DNA of 64,000 nt from an uncultured bacterium. Lineage in GTDB: Bacteria > Desulfobacterota_D > UBA1144 > Nemesobacterales > UBA2774. Position numbers and translations under genes: made by a program. The DNA lies in NCBI GenBank assembly GCA_963825135.1, contig CAWGRW010000009.1, forward strand, positions 1,824,001 through 1,888,000, written 5' to 3'. Below are positions 32,393 through 42,189 of this stretch, piece after piece. The notes under the pieces were generated by a model. The model searched no databases and was not told the origin of the DNA. It saw nothing but the letters and a program-made list of their open reading frames with translations. The first letter of the stretch is position 1. Every line of letters starts with the position of its first letter.

Positions 32393-33708
32393 ATAGAAAT
32401 ATAGGCGCTATTCCTAGAATACCTGAGCTCAATAAACGTCTTCTTTTTACCGCTCTTATGCTTGTTGTGTACAGGCTTGGTGTATTCGTGCCGATACCGG
32501 GTATTGACCCTGATCAGATACTCAAGCTTTTCGAACAGACTAAAGGAACGATCTTTGACATCTTGAATATGTTTTCAGGCGGAGCGCTCCAGAGGGCTTC
32601 CGTATTCGCTCTCGGGGTGATGCCCTATATTACTTCCTCGATTATTATGTCGCTTCTGGTAAAGGCTTTCCCCACGCTGGAAGCCATGCAGAAAGAGGGT
32701 GAAGCCGGTAGAAGGAAAATCAATCAGTATTCCCGTTACGGAACTGTCCTCATATGTCTCGTCCAGGGCTTTATGCTTGCGATTACGCTCGAGGGCGGTA
32801 TAGGATCGGGCGCGACTGTTGTAAAAGAGGCGGGATGGACGTTTCGAATCATGACCGTGCTCACACTCACGGCCGGTTCACTTTTCGTGATGTGGATTGG
32901 AGAGCAGATAACCGAAAGGGGTATAGGTAACGGAATATCCCTCATCATTGCGGCCTCAATCGTAGTCGGTCTCCCCGGAGGTATTTGGAATATAGTAAGA
33001 CTGATCGGCACGGGCGAAATGACGGTATTCGGCGTTGTGCTGATTTTAATCCTGCTTATACTAATAGTGGGCTTTATAGTTTTTGTAGAGAGGTCTTACC
33101 GAAAGATTCCGGTTCAGTACCCGAGAAGGGTCGTGGGAAGGAAGGTGTTTGGCGGACAGTCTTCGCACCTCCCGCTCAAAACGAATACCGCGGGAGTCAT
33201 ACCCCCTATTTTCGCATCCTCGCTCTTGATATTTCCGGCGACCATACTCACGTTTATCAACGTTCCGTTCCTGAGAGACATGTCGGATTTATTATTTCAT
33301 AATGCAGTTGTGTATAATATAATATTCGCTGCATTAATTATATTTTTCGCATATTTTTATACGGCAATCATATACAACCCGGATGATTTGGCTGACAATC
33401 TGAGGAAAAACGGGGGGTTTGTTCCCGGGATCAGACCAGGCAAGAAAACGTCCGAATACATCGACCGCATCCTGGGGAGAATTACTTTTATAGGAGCTGT
33501 TTACGTAGCCTTTATTTGTATTATTCCCTCGTTCCTCCAGAGAGAGCCTTTTAATTTGCCTTTCCGTTTCGGCGGCACGTCTCTCCTGATCGTGGTGGGA
33601 GTGACTCTCGACTTCGTACAGCAGGTCGAGTCTTTCCTTATCACCCACAGTTATGAGGGGTTTGTGAGGAAGAAGGGTATGAAGGGGCCGAGGAGATACA
33701 ACGTTTGA
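32389..33708 (+). CDS. secY: Preprotein translocase subunit SecY
   Basis: ALGVMPYITSSI, GIGNGISL, PGIRPG and GGTSLLIVVGV. Confidence 0.99.
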   Translation: MNRNIGAIPRIPELNKRLLFTALMLVVYRLGVFVPIPGIDPDQILKLFEQTKGTIFDILNMFSGGALQRASVFALGVMPYITSSIIMSLLVKAFPTLEAMQKEGEAGRRKINQYSRYGTVLICLVQGFMLAITLEGGIGSGATVVKEAGWTFRIMTVLTLTAGSLFVMWIGEQITERGIGNGISLIIAASIVVGLPGGIWNIVRLIGTGEMTVFGVVLILILLILIVGFIVFVERSYRKIPVQYPRRVVGRKVFGGQSSHLPLKTNTAGVIPPIFASSLLIFPATILTFINVPFLRDMSDLLFHNAVVYNIIFAALIIFFAYFYTAIIYNPDDLADNLRKNGGFVPGIRPGKKTSEYIDRILGRITFIGAVYVAFICIIPSFLQREPFNLPFRFGGTSLLIVVGVTLDFVQQVESFLITHSYEGFVRKKGMKGPRRYNV

Positions 33709-33723
33709 AGCCGGAGTCATTAA

Positions 33724-34296
33724 ATGCGATTGATTTTATTTGGCCCGCCCGGTGCCGGAAAGGGCACGCAGGCGAAGAAGATAACGGATAAATACATGAC
33801 TGCTCACATCTCGACGGGTGATATGCTGAGGGCCGCCGTGAAAAACGGTACGGAGTTGGGCGCTTTGGCGAAGTCCTACATGGACAAGGGTGAGCTCGTG
33901 CCCGACGGTGTTGTTATAGGCATCATTAAAGACAGAATTGCGGAAAGAGACACACAAAACGGATTCATGCTGGACGGCTTCCCTCGCACCGTTCCGCAGG
34001 CGGAGGCTCTCTCCGAAATGCTGAATTCGGAGGGACAGACCATCGATGCGGTTATATCGATAGAGGTTGTCGATGAGGAAATCGTAAAAAGGATCCTCGA
34101 GCGTCAGAAGATAGAAGGGAGACGGGACGATTCGGAGGAAGTGGTAAGGAATAGACTCAGGGTCTATCGTAACCAGACGGAGCCGCTGAAATCCTATTAC
34201 GCTGAAGAAGGCGTTTTGTTTGAAGTTGACGGGATAGGGTCTGTAGACGATGTGTTTGGGAGGATTGACAGGGTATTAGCGGGCTTGAATGTATGA
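33724..34296 (+). CDS. adk: Adenylate kinase (short, LID-truncated type)
   Basis: GPPGAGKGT, LDGFPRT and short GRRDD lid. Confidence 0.97.
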   Translation: MRLILFGPPGAGKGTQAKKITDKYMTAHISTGDMLRAAVKNGTELGALAKSYMDKGELVPDGVVIGIIKDRIAERDTQNGFMLDGFPRTVPQAEALSEMLNSEGQTIDAVISIEVVDEEIVKRILERQKIEGRRDDSEEVVRNRLRVYRNQTEPLKSYYAEEGVLFEVDGIGSVDDVFGRIDRVLAGLNV

Positions 34297-35051
34297 TTTA
34301 TTTAAAAAGCAAAGAAGAGATAGATAAGATGCGGAGCGCCGCACAGGTGGTCGTAGAGGCACTCATTAGGCTTAAAGAGAGCGTCCTTCCCGGAGTTTCC
34401 ACATGGGACCTCGACCGCATGGCGGAGGAGATCGCATTAAAAAACGGAGCGAAGCCCGCATTCAAGGGTTATTCGAATTACCCTGCATCGGTTTGTTTTG
34501 CGGTAAACGACGAAGTGGTGCACGGAATTCCGTCTAAGAAAAAGATACTCAACGAAGGCGACATAGTGGGCCTCGATTTCGGGGTCAGCCTCGAGGGTTA
34601 TTACGGCGATTCCGCGATTACGGTCCCGGTGGGAGAAGTGTCGGCGACGGCGCTGAAGCTCATTAGGGTCACCGAAGAGTCTCTCAAGCGAGGGATTGGC
34701 GAAGCCCGTGCGGGCAACAGGCTTTTCGATATATCGGGGGCGATACAAACTTACGTTGAAGAGGAAGGGTTTTCGATAGTGAGGTCTTTTGTCGGACACG
34801 GGATAGGGAAGAAACTTCATGAGGACCCTCAGGTCCCGAATTTCGTTCCCGAAAACGGGAGTCACGGAAAAGGCGTAAGGTTAAAGCCCGGCATGGTGAT
34901 CGCTATCGAACCTATGGTAAATATAGGGAGACCCGACGTGAAGATACTGAGCGACGGTTGGACCGCGGTGACTGTTGACGGCACTTTGTCGGCGCATTTC
35001 GAGCATACCGTAGCGGTTACGGACGAAGGGCCGGTTGTACTGACACAATAA
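34293..35051 (+). CDS. map: Methionine aminopeptidase type I
   Basis: HGIP, GHGIG..LHEDP, IEPM and SAHFEHT. Confidence 0.98.
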   Translation: MIYLKSKEEIDKMRSAAQVVVEALIRLKESVLPGVSTWDLDRMAEEIALKNGAKPAFKGYSNYPASVCFAVNDEVVHGIPSKKKILNEGDIVGLDFGVSLEGYYGDSAITVPVGEVSATALKLIRVTEESLKRGIGEARAGNRLFDISGAIQTYVEEEGFSIVRSFVGHGIGKKLHEDPQVPNFVPENGSHGKGVRLKPGMVIAIEPMVNIGRPDVKILSDGWTAVTVDGTLSAHFEHTVAVTDEGPVVLTQ

Positions 35052-35060
35052 AAAAAATAT

Positions 35061-35282
35061 ATGGTAAAAGAAGAAAGAATAGAGTTTGAGGGTACTGTGA
35101 TTGAGGCGTTGCCTAATGCAATGTTCAGAGTGGAGATAGAAGGCGGGCATGAGGTGCTCGCATATGTTTCCGGAAAAATGAGGACTCGGTTTATCCGTAT
35201 TCTCACGGGGGATAAGGTAAAGCTTGAGCTTTCGCCTTATGATCTTACGAAGGGAAGAATAACGTACAGGCTAAAAAAATGA
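35061..35282 (+). CDS. infA: Translation initiation factor IF-1
   Basis: LPNAMF, SGKMR and SPYDL.KGRI. Confidence 0.99.
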   Translation: MVKEERIEFEGTVIEALPNAMFRVEIEGGHEVLAYVSGKMRTRFIRILTGDKVKLELSPYDLTKGRITYRLKK

Positions 35283-35301
35283 TTCTAGCGGGGTGACTGT
35301 T

Positions 35302-35415
35302 GTGAAGGTCAGAGCGTCTGTTAAAAAGATATGCGAGAAGTGCAGAATTATTAAGAGAAAGGGCGTAGTAAGAATAATATGCTCGAATAAGAGACATAAA
35401 CAAAAGCAAGGGTAG
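35302..35415 (+). CDS. rpmJ: 50S ribosomal protein L36 (absent from the ORF track)
   Basis: Manual translation from [40 protein letters not shown]. Confidence 0.98.
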   Translation: MKVRASVKKICEKCRIIKRKGVVRIICSNKRHKQKQG

Positions 35416-35427
35416 GAGGGAAGCAGC

Positions 35428-35808
35428 ATGCCCAGGATCGCAGGTGTCGATATACCGCTTAACAAAAGGATCGAAGTAGGCCTGACCTATATTTACGGCA
35501 TTGGAAGGGTTATATCAAGGGAAATACTCAAAGAAGCCCGCGTGGATGTTAACACTCAGGCGAAAGACCTCACGGACCATGAGGTGGCTGCTATCAGGGA
35601 GTTGATCGAGAGCAAATATACGGTCGAAGGCGATCTCAGGAAGGAAGTCCAGTCCAATATCAAAAGGCTGATTGAAATAGGCTGTTACAGGGGAGTAAGG
35701 CACAGACTGGGGCTCCCGGTGCGGGGCCAGAAGACGAAATCGAACGCGCGTACGAGGAAAGGACCCCGCGGGACCGCGATTGCCAAGAAGAAAAAAACGA
35801 CTAAATAA
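35428..35808 (+). CDS. rpsM: 30S ribosomal protein S13
   Basis: RIAGVD, YRG.RH..GLPVRGQ and NARTRKG. Confidence 0.99.
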   Translation: MPRIAGVDIPLNKRIEVGLTYIYGIGRVISREILKEARVDVNTQAKDLTDHEVAAIRELIESKYTVEGDLRKEVQSNIKRLIEIGCYRGVRHRLGLPVRGQKTKSNARTRKGPRGTAIAKKKKTTK

Positions 35809-35827
35809 TATTATCCGGAGATAATGG

Positions 35828-36214
35828 ATGGCGATTAAAAAGGGCGGAAAAAAGAAGGCCAGGAAATTCGTAGAACAGGGAATAGTGAATATCCAGGCTA
35901 CGTTCAACAATACGATCATTACCATCAGCGACAACAGCGGAAACGTTATTGCCTGGTCGAGCGGCGGTATGAAGGGGTTCAAGGGTACTCGTAAAGGCAC
36001 GCCTTTCGCGGCCCAGATCGCGGCTGAGGACGCGGCGAAGAAAGCTGCGACTGCGGGCATGAAAAGCGTCTCCGTATATGTCAAAGGGCCGGGTCCCGGC
36101 AGAGAGCCCGCCATCAGGTCTCTTCAAGCTTCGGGCCTCAAAATAACATTTATCAGGGACGTGACTCCTATACCGCACAACGGCTGCAGGCCGCCCGGCA
36201 GGAGAAGAGTTTAG
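35828..36214 (+). CDS. rpsK: 30S ribosomal protein S11
   Basis: TFNNT, TPFAAQ and [12 protein letters not shown]. Confidence 0.99.
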   Translation: MAIKKGGKKKARKFVEQGIVNIQATFNNTIITISDNSGNVIAWSSGGMKGFKGTRKGTPFAAQIAAEDAAKKAATAGMKSVSVYVKGPGPGREPAIRSLQASGLKITFIRDVTPIPHNGCRPPGRRRV

Positions 36215-36272
36215 TTTGGCGGATTATTTATACAAAACCACGGTTAAGTATTTCAAGGAGGTTAAGCAGTAA

Positions 36273-36905
36273 ATGGGAAGATATACCGGGCCTACTGACA
36301 GACTCTCGAGAAGAGAAGGCGTGAACCTTTTCCTGAAAGGCGAGCGGAGTTATAACGGTAAAACTGCCGTGGAAAAAAGACCGGACCAGGTTCCGGGCGA
36401 ACACGGCAAATTTCACAGTAAATTCTCCGAATTCGGTCTAAGGTTAAGAGAAAAGCAGAAAGTAAAGAGGATGTACGGGATCAGGGAGAAGCAGTTCAGG
36501 GGATATTTCGAAAAGGCTTCACGGGTAAAGGGCGTTACAGGCACCATTCTTATCTCGATGCTTGAAAGAAGGCTTGATAATGTGGTCTATAGGCTCTGTT
36601 TCGGCAGCTCCCGGAATGACGCCAGACAGCTCGTAAGTCATGCGCACGTAATGGTAAACGGCGGTGTTGTAAACATACCTTCGTATCAGGTGAAGGAAGG
36701 CGATAAGATAGAAATCAGGGAAAAAAGCAAGAAACTTCAAAGAATTAATCAGGCCCTCGAATTCAATTCGAGAAGAGGGGTCCCTGAATGGCTTGAACTG
36801 GACGATGAAAACTACAAAGGATCCGTGCTCAGAGTGCCCATGAGGGACGATGTGACGTTTCCGATTGAGGAACAGCTAATTGTCGAATTTTATTCACGGG
36901 TATAG
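36273..36905 (+). CDS. rpsD: 30S ribosomal protein S4
   Basis: LREKQK, LERRLDNVVYR and IVEFYSR. Confidence 0.99.
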   Translation: MGRYTGPTDRLSRREGVNLFLKGERSYNGKTAVEKRPDQVPGEHGKFHSKFSEFGLRLREKQKVKRMYGIREKQFRGYFEKASRVKGVTGTILISMLERRLDNVVYRLCFGSSRNDARQLVSHAHVMVNGGVVNIPSYQVKEGDKIEIREKSKKLQRINQALEFNSRRGVPEWLELDDENYKGSVLRVPMRDDVTFPIEEQLIVEFYSRV

Positions 36906-36953
36906 CGTTTCAGCTGTAAAATTGTGTTCAGTTCCGAAAACGGAGGGAACAAG

Positions 36954-37985
36954 GTGAAGGATTTTCAAAAAAACTGGCAGGACCTAATTAAACCTAAAAG
37001 GATAGAGAAGGAAGAAAAAAGCGCCACTCCCTTTTACACGAAATTCGTGTGTGAGCCGTTGGAACGCGGATACGGAGTTACGCTCGGAAATGCATTAAGA
37101 AGGGTGCTGTTGTCCTCAATTCAGGGGCCGGCGGTTACGTCTATAAAGATCGACGGTGTTTTACATGAGTTTTCATCCATCCCCGGGGTTAAAGAGGACG
37201 TGACGGAGATTATTCTTAACCTGAAGGGCCTTGAGCTCAAGATGCACACGTACGAGCCCCAAACTATTCGCGTCAGCGGGCAGGGCGAGTGTGATATCAA
37301 GGCGGGGGACATTACCACCGGTCATAATGTAGAGATACTCAACCCTAATCACCACATAGCTACCCTTGCCGAGGGAGCGAAGCTCGAGATGGAAATGAGA
37401 GTCGAGATTGGAAGGGGATACGAGCCTGTCGAGAGACGCGGAGAGCTGCAGAGCAGCATAGGGGTTATTCCCATAGACGCCCTGTTCTCACCGCTAAGAA
37501 AGGTCAATTACGCGGTTACTAACTCCAGGGTAGGCAGGCGGACTGACTACCAGAGGCTCACGCTGGAGATATGGACGAACGGCACGATTTTGCCGGAAGA
37601 CGCCCTGGCCTACGCGTCTAAAATAATAAAGCATCAGCTTTCCGTGTTCATTAATTTTGACGAAGCGGAAGTAGACGAAGTACCGGAAAGCGAAGACAAG
37701 CAGGAGATAAAGGGAACAGAGGAAATTCTGTTCAATACGATAGAAGAAATGGACCTGTCTGCGAGGTCGCTCAATTGTTTGAGGAAAGCGGGTGTCGAAT
37801 ATACCGGAGATTTGATTCAGAAGACCGAGGAAGACCTCCTCAATCTGGAAAATTTCGGCAAGCGTTCTTTATACGAAATAAAGGAGAGGCTCGTCGAAAT
37901 GGGCCTGGGCCTGGGGCTCAAGATCGATCAGGAAGTATTTAACAACGAGAAGGTAAAGCGCAGCGAGAAGATAGTTTCTCAGTAA
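36954..37985 (+). CDS. rpoA: RNA polymerase alpha subunit
   Basis: PLERGYG.TLGNALRRVLLSS, LSARS.NCL and NFGKRS; GTG start at 36954 after GGAGG. Confidence 0.98.
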   Translation: MKDFQKNWQDLIKPKRIEKEEKSATPFYTKFVCEPLERGYGVTLGNALRRVLLSSIQGPAVTSIKIDGVLHEFSSIPGVKEDVTEIILNLKGLELKMHTYEPQTIRVSGQGECDIKAGDITTGHNVEILNPNHHIATLAEGAKLEMEMRVEIGRGYEPVERRGELQSSIGVIPIDALFSPLRKVNYAVTNSRVGRRTDYQRLTLEIWTNGTILPEDALAYASKIIKHQLSVFINFDEAEVDEVPESEDKQEIKGTEEILFNTIEEMDLSARSLNCLRKAGVEYTGDLIQKTEEDLLNLENFGKRSLYEIKERLVEMGLGLGLKIDQEVFNNEKVKRSEKIVSQ

Positions 37986-38015
37986 AGTTTTGCACGGAGA
38001 ATCGGAGACCGCGTT

Positions 38016-38699
38016 ATGAGACATAAAAGGGTTGGACGTAAGCTCGGAGTTACCACGAAGCATAGGAAAGCCATGTTCCGCAATATGGTTACGGATTTAT
38101 TCCGTTTCGACAGGATAAAAACGACCGATATGAAGGCTAAGGAGCTGAGAAGAATTGCGGAAAAATTAATAACCCTCGCGAAAGAAGGGTCGCTTCACAA
38201 AAGGAGGCAGGCCGCAGCTTACATCCGCGATAACGATGTTTTGAAAAAGCTCTTCGATGTGATAGCCGCCAAATTTAAAGAGCGTCCGGGCGGTTATACA
38301 AGGATTATCAAGCTCGGTTTCAGAAAAGGCGACAACACGCCGGTATCGATAATCGAGCTGGTTGAAGAGGATTATAAGCCGGCCAAGAAAAAGAAGACCA
38401 AGAGCGCGCCCAAAAAGCAGCCGAAGGCTTCGGATACCGCCGCTCAGGAGAAGCCAAAGGCCAGGAGTTCGAAAAAGGAATCGGCTGAGGAGCTGGGACT
38501 TATCGAAGAAGGAAAGACGCCTGCGGACAAGACATCCGCGGAGCCTGGGGCGAAGCAGGAAGAAATCGCTGAGGAGCTCAAGGCATCAGAGGCTCCTGAA
38601 GCCGAACAGGAGATAAAATCTGCGGGATCCGAAGAGGGAGGGGAGAGCAGCACCGAACCCGTCCAGGAACCGGCCGGCGCTGAGAAAAAGGATGAGTAG
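38016..38699 (+). CDS. rplQ: 50S ribosomal protein L17 with long charged C-terminal extension
   Basis: [11 protein letters not shown] and [10 protein letters not shown]; roughly 105-aa K/E/A/S/P-rich tail. Confidence 0.97.
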   Translation: MRHKRVGRKLGVTTKHRKAMFRNMVTDLFRFDRIKTTDMKAKELRRIAEKLITLAKEGSLHKRRQAAAYIRDNDVLKKLFDVIAAKFKERPGGYTRIIKLGFRKGDNTPVSIIELVEEDYKPAKKKKTKSAPKKQPKASDTAAQEKPKARSSKKESAEELGLIEEGKTPADKTSAEPGAKQEEIAEELKASEAPEAEQEIKSAGSEEGGESSTEPVQEPAGAEKKDE

Positions 38700-38782
38700 G
38701 GTAATCTCCTGAGCATCACGCTATCACGCTCGAACACCGGAATTGATGAATAGAAAAATCACAGAAAGAGTAAAACTAATGA

Positions 38783-38812
38783 GGGGCGGCCTTGGGGCCG
38801 CCTTTCTATTTT
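38783..38812 (+). terminator. Probable intrinsic terminator of the ribosomal superoperon
   Basis: GGGGCGGCC-TTGG-GGCCGCCTT stem followed by TCTATTTT. Confidence 0.75.
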
Positions 38813-38829
38813 AAGGCGGTTTCTCTCTC

Positions 38830-39843
38830 ATGAAGCCCGTCGGAATAATTCTGGACGCCGAGAGAATATCCGATATCGCCCCACTCGCGAAAAGGGCCGA
38901 AGAGGCCGGGTTCGATTCCGTATGGGCGACGGAGCTCTACCGGACTTCCTTCCAGCAGCTCGCGGCGGCAGCCCTGAGCACCTCCCGCATTAAGCTCGGA
39001 ACGGCGGTCGCCCTCGCGTTCGTGAGGAGCCCGCTCGTCACTTCGCTTACAGCTCTCGATCTCGACGAAATCTCGAACGGGAGACTGATACTGGGCCTCG
39101 GCACCGGCGCATTGCGGACAAACGAAATGTGGCACGGCATCGCCCACGGTAAACCCGTTACGCGGATCAGGGAATGCATAGAGACCATCAGGCTTCTCGT
39201 CGGGAAGGTACATTCCGGGGCACCGGTCGAATTTCATGGCGAATATTACACAATAGACACAAGAGGTTACAAGAGGCCGTTCAAGCCTGTCAGGGAGGAG
39301 ATACCGATCTACCTCGCCGGGGTGGGGAGCCGGATGTGCCGGACGGCCGGCGAGATAGCGGACGGCTACCTTGGCCACGTCGTATGCTCGCCCAGGTACC
39401 TGAGGGAAGTAGTTGTCAGGAACCTGAAAATAGGTTTGGAAAAGTCCCTGAGAAACCCTGATGTATTCAGGACTGCCTCCATCATTACGTGCGCGATATC
39501 AGACGACAGGAAGCGGGCGATGCACGCGGCAAGAGCCACGATTGCGTTCTACGCCACTGTGCGCACATACGAGCCCCCGTTCAAACTTCACGGTTTCGAG
39601 AATGAGACTAAACGGATAAGGGGTGCGTTTTTCAAAGGAGACGTGAAGTCGATGATAGAATATGTGACGGACGACATGGTCAGCACTTTCGCGGTCGTGG
39701 GGAGCGCGGAGGAGTGCAGGAAGAAGGTAAACGAATACAGGGAATCGGTCGATCTGCCGGTGTTGAGCGCGCCCCATTACTATCTCGACTTCGAAGAAGT
39801 AGGGGAGTACCAGAGCGCCATACTCGATGTTTTCGGGAGCTAG
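38830..39843 (+). CDS. LLM-class flavin/F420-dependent oxidoreductase
   Basis: AEEAGFDSVW, TSRIKLGT, SNGRLILGLG, PIYLAG and ADG motifs. Confidence 0.9.
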   Translation: MKPVGIILDAERISDIAPLAKRAEEAGFDSVWATELYRTSFQQLAAAALSTSRIKLGTAVALAFVRSPLVTSLTALDLDEISNGRLILGLGTGALRTNEMWHGIAHGKPVTRIRECIETIRLLVGKVHSGAPVEFHGEYYTIDTRGYKRPFKPVREEIPIYLAGVGSRMCRTAGEIADGYLGHVVCSPRYLREVVVRNLKIGLEKSLRNPDVFRTASIITCAISDDRKRAMHAARATIAFYATVRTYEPPFKLHGFENETKRIRGAFFKGDVKSMIEYVTDDMVSTFAVVGSAEECRKKVNEYRESVDLPVLSAPHYYLDFEEVGEYQSAILDVFGS

Positions 39844-39896
39844 AGTTTCCTGAAAACCGTGCGGGCATATGCTAACCTAAGGACTACAAACAAGCT

Positions 39897-40784
39897 ATGA
39901 AAATATTGGTCACAGGACCTTCCGGCCTTATAGGCTCCGGGCTAATCCCATTTCTCTCAGGCCGGGGTCATACCATCACCCCGCTTTCGAGGTCCCGGTT
40001 CTCTGCGGATTCCGCGTACTGGAATCCCGAGGGGGGAGAAATAGAATCGGAAAAGCTCGAGGGACACGACGCCGTTGTTCATCTCGCGGGCGAAAGCATT
40101 GCCGGCAGGTGGACCCGGAAAAAAAAGGCCGGGATAGAAGAGAGCCGGGTTAGAGGCACGGGTCTTCTCTCCAGGACACTCGCGGGTCTCGATTCAAAGC
40201 CCGCCGTTATCGCATCGGCCTCGGGTATAGGGTTTTACGGGGACAGAGGAGACGAGATCTTAACGGAGGAGAGCGGGCCCGGAAAGGGTTTCCTGGCCGA
40301 GCTCAGTATTAAATGGGAAAATGCGTTAATACCGGCAAAAGAGGCCGGAATCAGGGTCGTTAATATGCGCCTGGGTATGGTGCTGTCGCCCCGGGGCGGG
40401 GCGCTCGAGAAGATGCTCCCGCCTTTTAGACTAGGGCTTGGGGGCAGGATGGGGAGCGGTGAGCAGTACTGGAGCTGGATCACGATTGACGACGTATTAT
40501 CTGCGATTTATCATTCACTGGTATCGGACTCTCTCCGGGGTCCGGTGAATTTGACGGCGCCCGGACCGGTTACAAACAGGGAGTTTGCAAAGACGCTCGG
40601 GGACGCCTTGGGACGTCCGGCATTTTTTCCCGTGCCTGCGTTCGCTCTTCGTGCCTTGTTCGGGGAAATGGCGGATGAAACGCTGTTATCCGGGGCAAGG
40701 GCCGTGCCCGCCAGGCTCCTCGAAACGGGCTTTAATTTTAGATATCCGGACCTGAAAAGCGCGCTCGATAATTTATTATCTTGA
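39897..40784 (+). CDS. TIGR01777-family NAD-dependent epimerase-like protein
   Basis: VTGPSGLIG, HLAGE..RW, SRV, GSGEQYWSWI and GPVN..AP.PVTN. Confidence 0.92.
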   Translation: MKILVTGPSGLIGSGLIPFLSGRGHTITPLSRSRFSADSAYWNPEGGEIESEKLEGHDAVVHLAGESIAGRWTRKKKAGIEESRVRGTGLLSRTLAGLDSKPAVIASASGIGFYGDRGDEILTEESGPGKGFLAELSIKWENALIPAKEAGIRVVNMRLGMVLSPRGGALEKMLPPFRLGLGGRMGSGEQYWSWITIDDVLSAIYHSLVSDSLRGPVNLTAPGPVTNREFAKTLGDALGRPAFFPVPAFALRALFGEMADETLLSGARAVPARLLETGFNFRYPDLKSALDNLLS

Positions 40785-40803
40785 ATAGTCTTCCGCGACA
40801 GGG

Positions 40804-41445
40804 GTGAAATTGGAAAAATCCGAGCCAAAACAATACGGTGCGTTCATGCTTCTTGAGGGAGACCTCGACGCCGACCCTTTCAAGCAATTCGGGTACTGGT
40901 ATGACACCGCAACAGGCGCGGGGTTCGTGCACCCCGAGGCTTTTACGCTTGCGACCGTTTCCCCGGACGGAAGACCGTCTGCGAGGATGCTCCTGCTTAA
41001 GGGCTTCGATGAGAACGGGTTTGTTTTCTTTACGAACACCCGGAGCAGGAAAGGGGAGGAGCTCCGCGGAAACCCCCATTGCGCGATCTGTTTCTGGTGG
41101 GACAAGCTCGAACGCCAGGTGCGTATCGAGGGGCAGGTATATACGGTGTCCGCGGAGGAGGCGGATTTATACTACGCTACGAGGCCGAGGGGAAGCCGGC
41201 TGGGCGCCTGGGCGTCTCAGCAGAGCAGGGTGATTGAGAACAGGGAATACCTCGACAGGCTTTATCATGCGCTCGAGCTCGAATATGCCGACGAGGACAT
41301 ACCCCGCCCGCCTTACTGGAACGGATACAGACTCGTCCCTTCGTCTATTGAATTCTGGCAAGGGAGGCCGAACAGGCTTCACGACCGTCTCCGTTACAGG
41401 AAGCTCGGTAACGGCGGCTGGCTCATTGAGCGGCTCGCCCCCTGA
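40804..41445 (+). CDS. pdxH: Pyridoxamine 5'-phosphate oxidase
   Basis: RMLLLK, FFTN..SRK, ERQVRIEG, EFWQG..RLHDR and RLAP. Confidence 0.96.
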   Translation: MKLEKSEPKQYGAFMLLEGDLDADPFKQFGYWYDTATGAGFVHPEAFTLATVSPDGRPSARMLLLKGFDENGFVFFTNTRSRKGEELRGNPHCAICFWWDKLERQVRIEGQVYTVSAEEADLYYATRPRGSRLGAWASQQSRVIENREYLDRLYHALELEYADEDIPRPPYWNGYRLVPSSIEFWQGRPNRLHDRLRYRKLGNGGWLIERLAP

Positions 41446-41489
41446 ATATGAAGCTCACGTGATATCTTTCTCCTATCCGGGGAACCACG

Positions 41490-42167
41490 CTATTTGACCC
41501 CGGTATATACGATAGCGATTCCCATCATAAGCTCCATGGATTTCCCGTCCTTGAATCCGGCGTCCTCCATCAGCCTGAGAAAATTTTCACGCTGCGGGAA
41601 CGCTGAAGTGGACTCGGAAAGGTACTTATATTCGCCCCCCGTCCCGAACAGGGATCCGACAAAGGGAAGAAAGTGCCTGAAATAGAAAAGATAAAGCGGC
41701 GAGAAAACCTTATTCCGCGGGATCGCGAACTCGAGGACGCCTGCTTTCCCGCCCGGCTTTAATACCCTCCTCATCTCGGACAGTGACTTGAGAGGGTCTT
41801 CAGTGTTACGTATGCCGAATGCTATGGTCACGGCATCGAACGAGTCGCTTCTGAATGGGAGGTGTTCCGCATCACACCTGGCTAGCCTGATCCTGGCATT
41901 ATTTCCGGTCGATTCGATCTTGCCCCTGGCCACCTTCAGCATCTGGGCGCTCGGGTCGGCGGCTATCACTCTGCACCCTCTCAGGTTCCTGACGGTCTCT
42001 ATGGCCACCTCTCCCGTCCCGGTCGCTACATCGAGTATCGATACAGCGCCGCCTATCTCGTCCGAAAGACGCTTCCTCCACAGGCTGTCCATGCCCAGGC
42101 TGAAAAACGTGTTTAACGAGTCGTAGTGCTTTGCGACTTTATTGAAAAGTTTGACCGTGTCCGGCAT
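41490..42167 (-). CDS. ubiE: Ubiquinone/menaquinone C-methyltransferase (UbiE/MenG)
   Basis: F..VA..YD..N...S.G....W, LDVATGTG, TIAFGIRN and YLSES; ATG 42167 preferred as start. Confidence 0.9.
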   Translation of the reverse strand: MPDTVKLFNKVAKHYDSLNTFFSLGMDSLWRKRLSDEIGGAVSILDVATGTGEVAIETVRNLRGCRVIAADPSAQMLKVARGKIESTGNNARIRLARCDAEHLPFRSDSFDAVTIAFGIRNTEDPLKSLSEMRRVLKPGGKAGVLEFAIPRNKVFSPLYLFYFRHFLPFVGSLFGTGGEYKYLSESTSAFPQRENFLRLMEDAGFKDGKSMELMMGIAIVYTGVK

Positions 42168-42189
42168 TTGTTTATCGGGGTTCCGCCGT

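Noticed and set aside
15137..38737. Numerous long antisense and alternate-frame ORFs over housekeeping genes
   Set aside because: Shadow ORFs expected from the codon bias of the conserved sense genes
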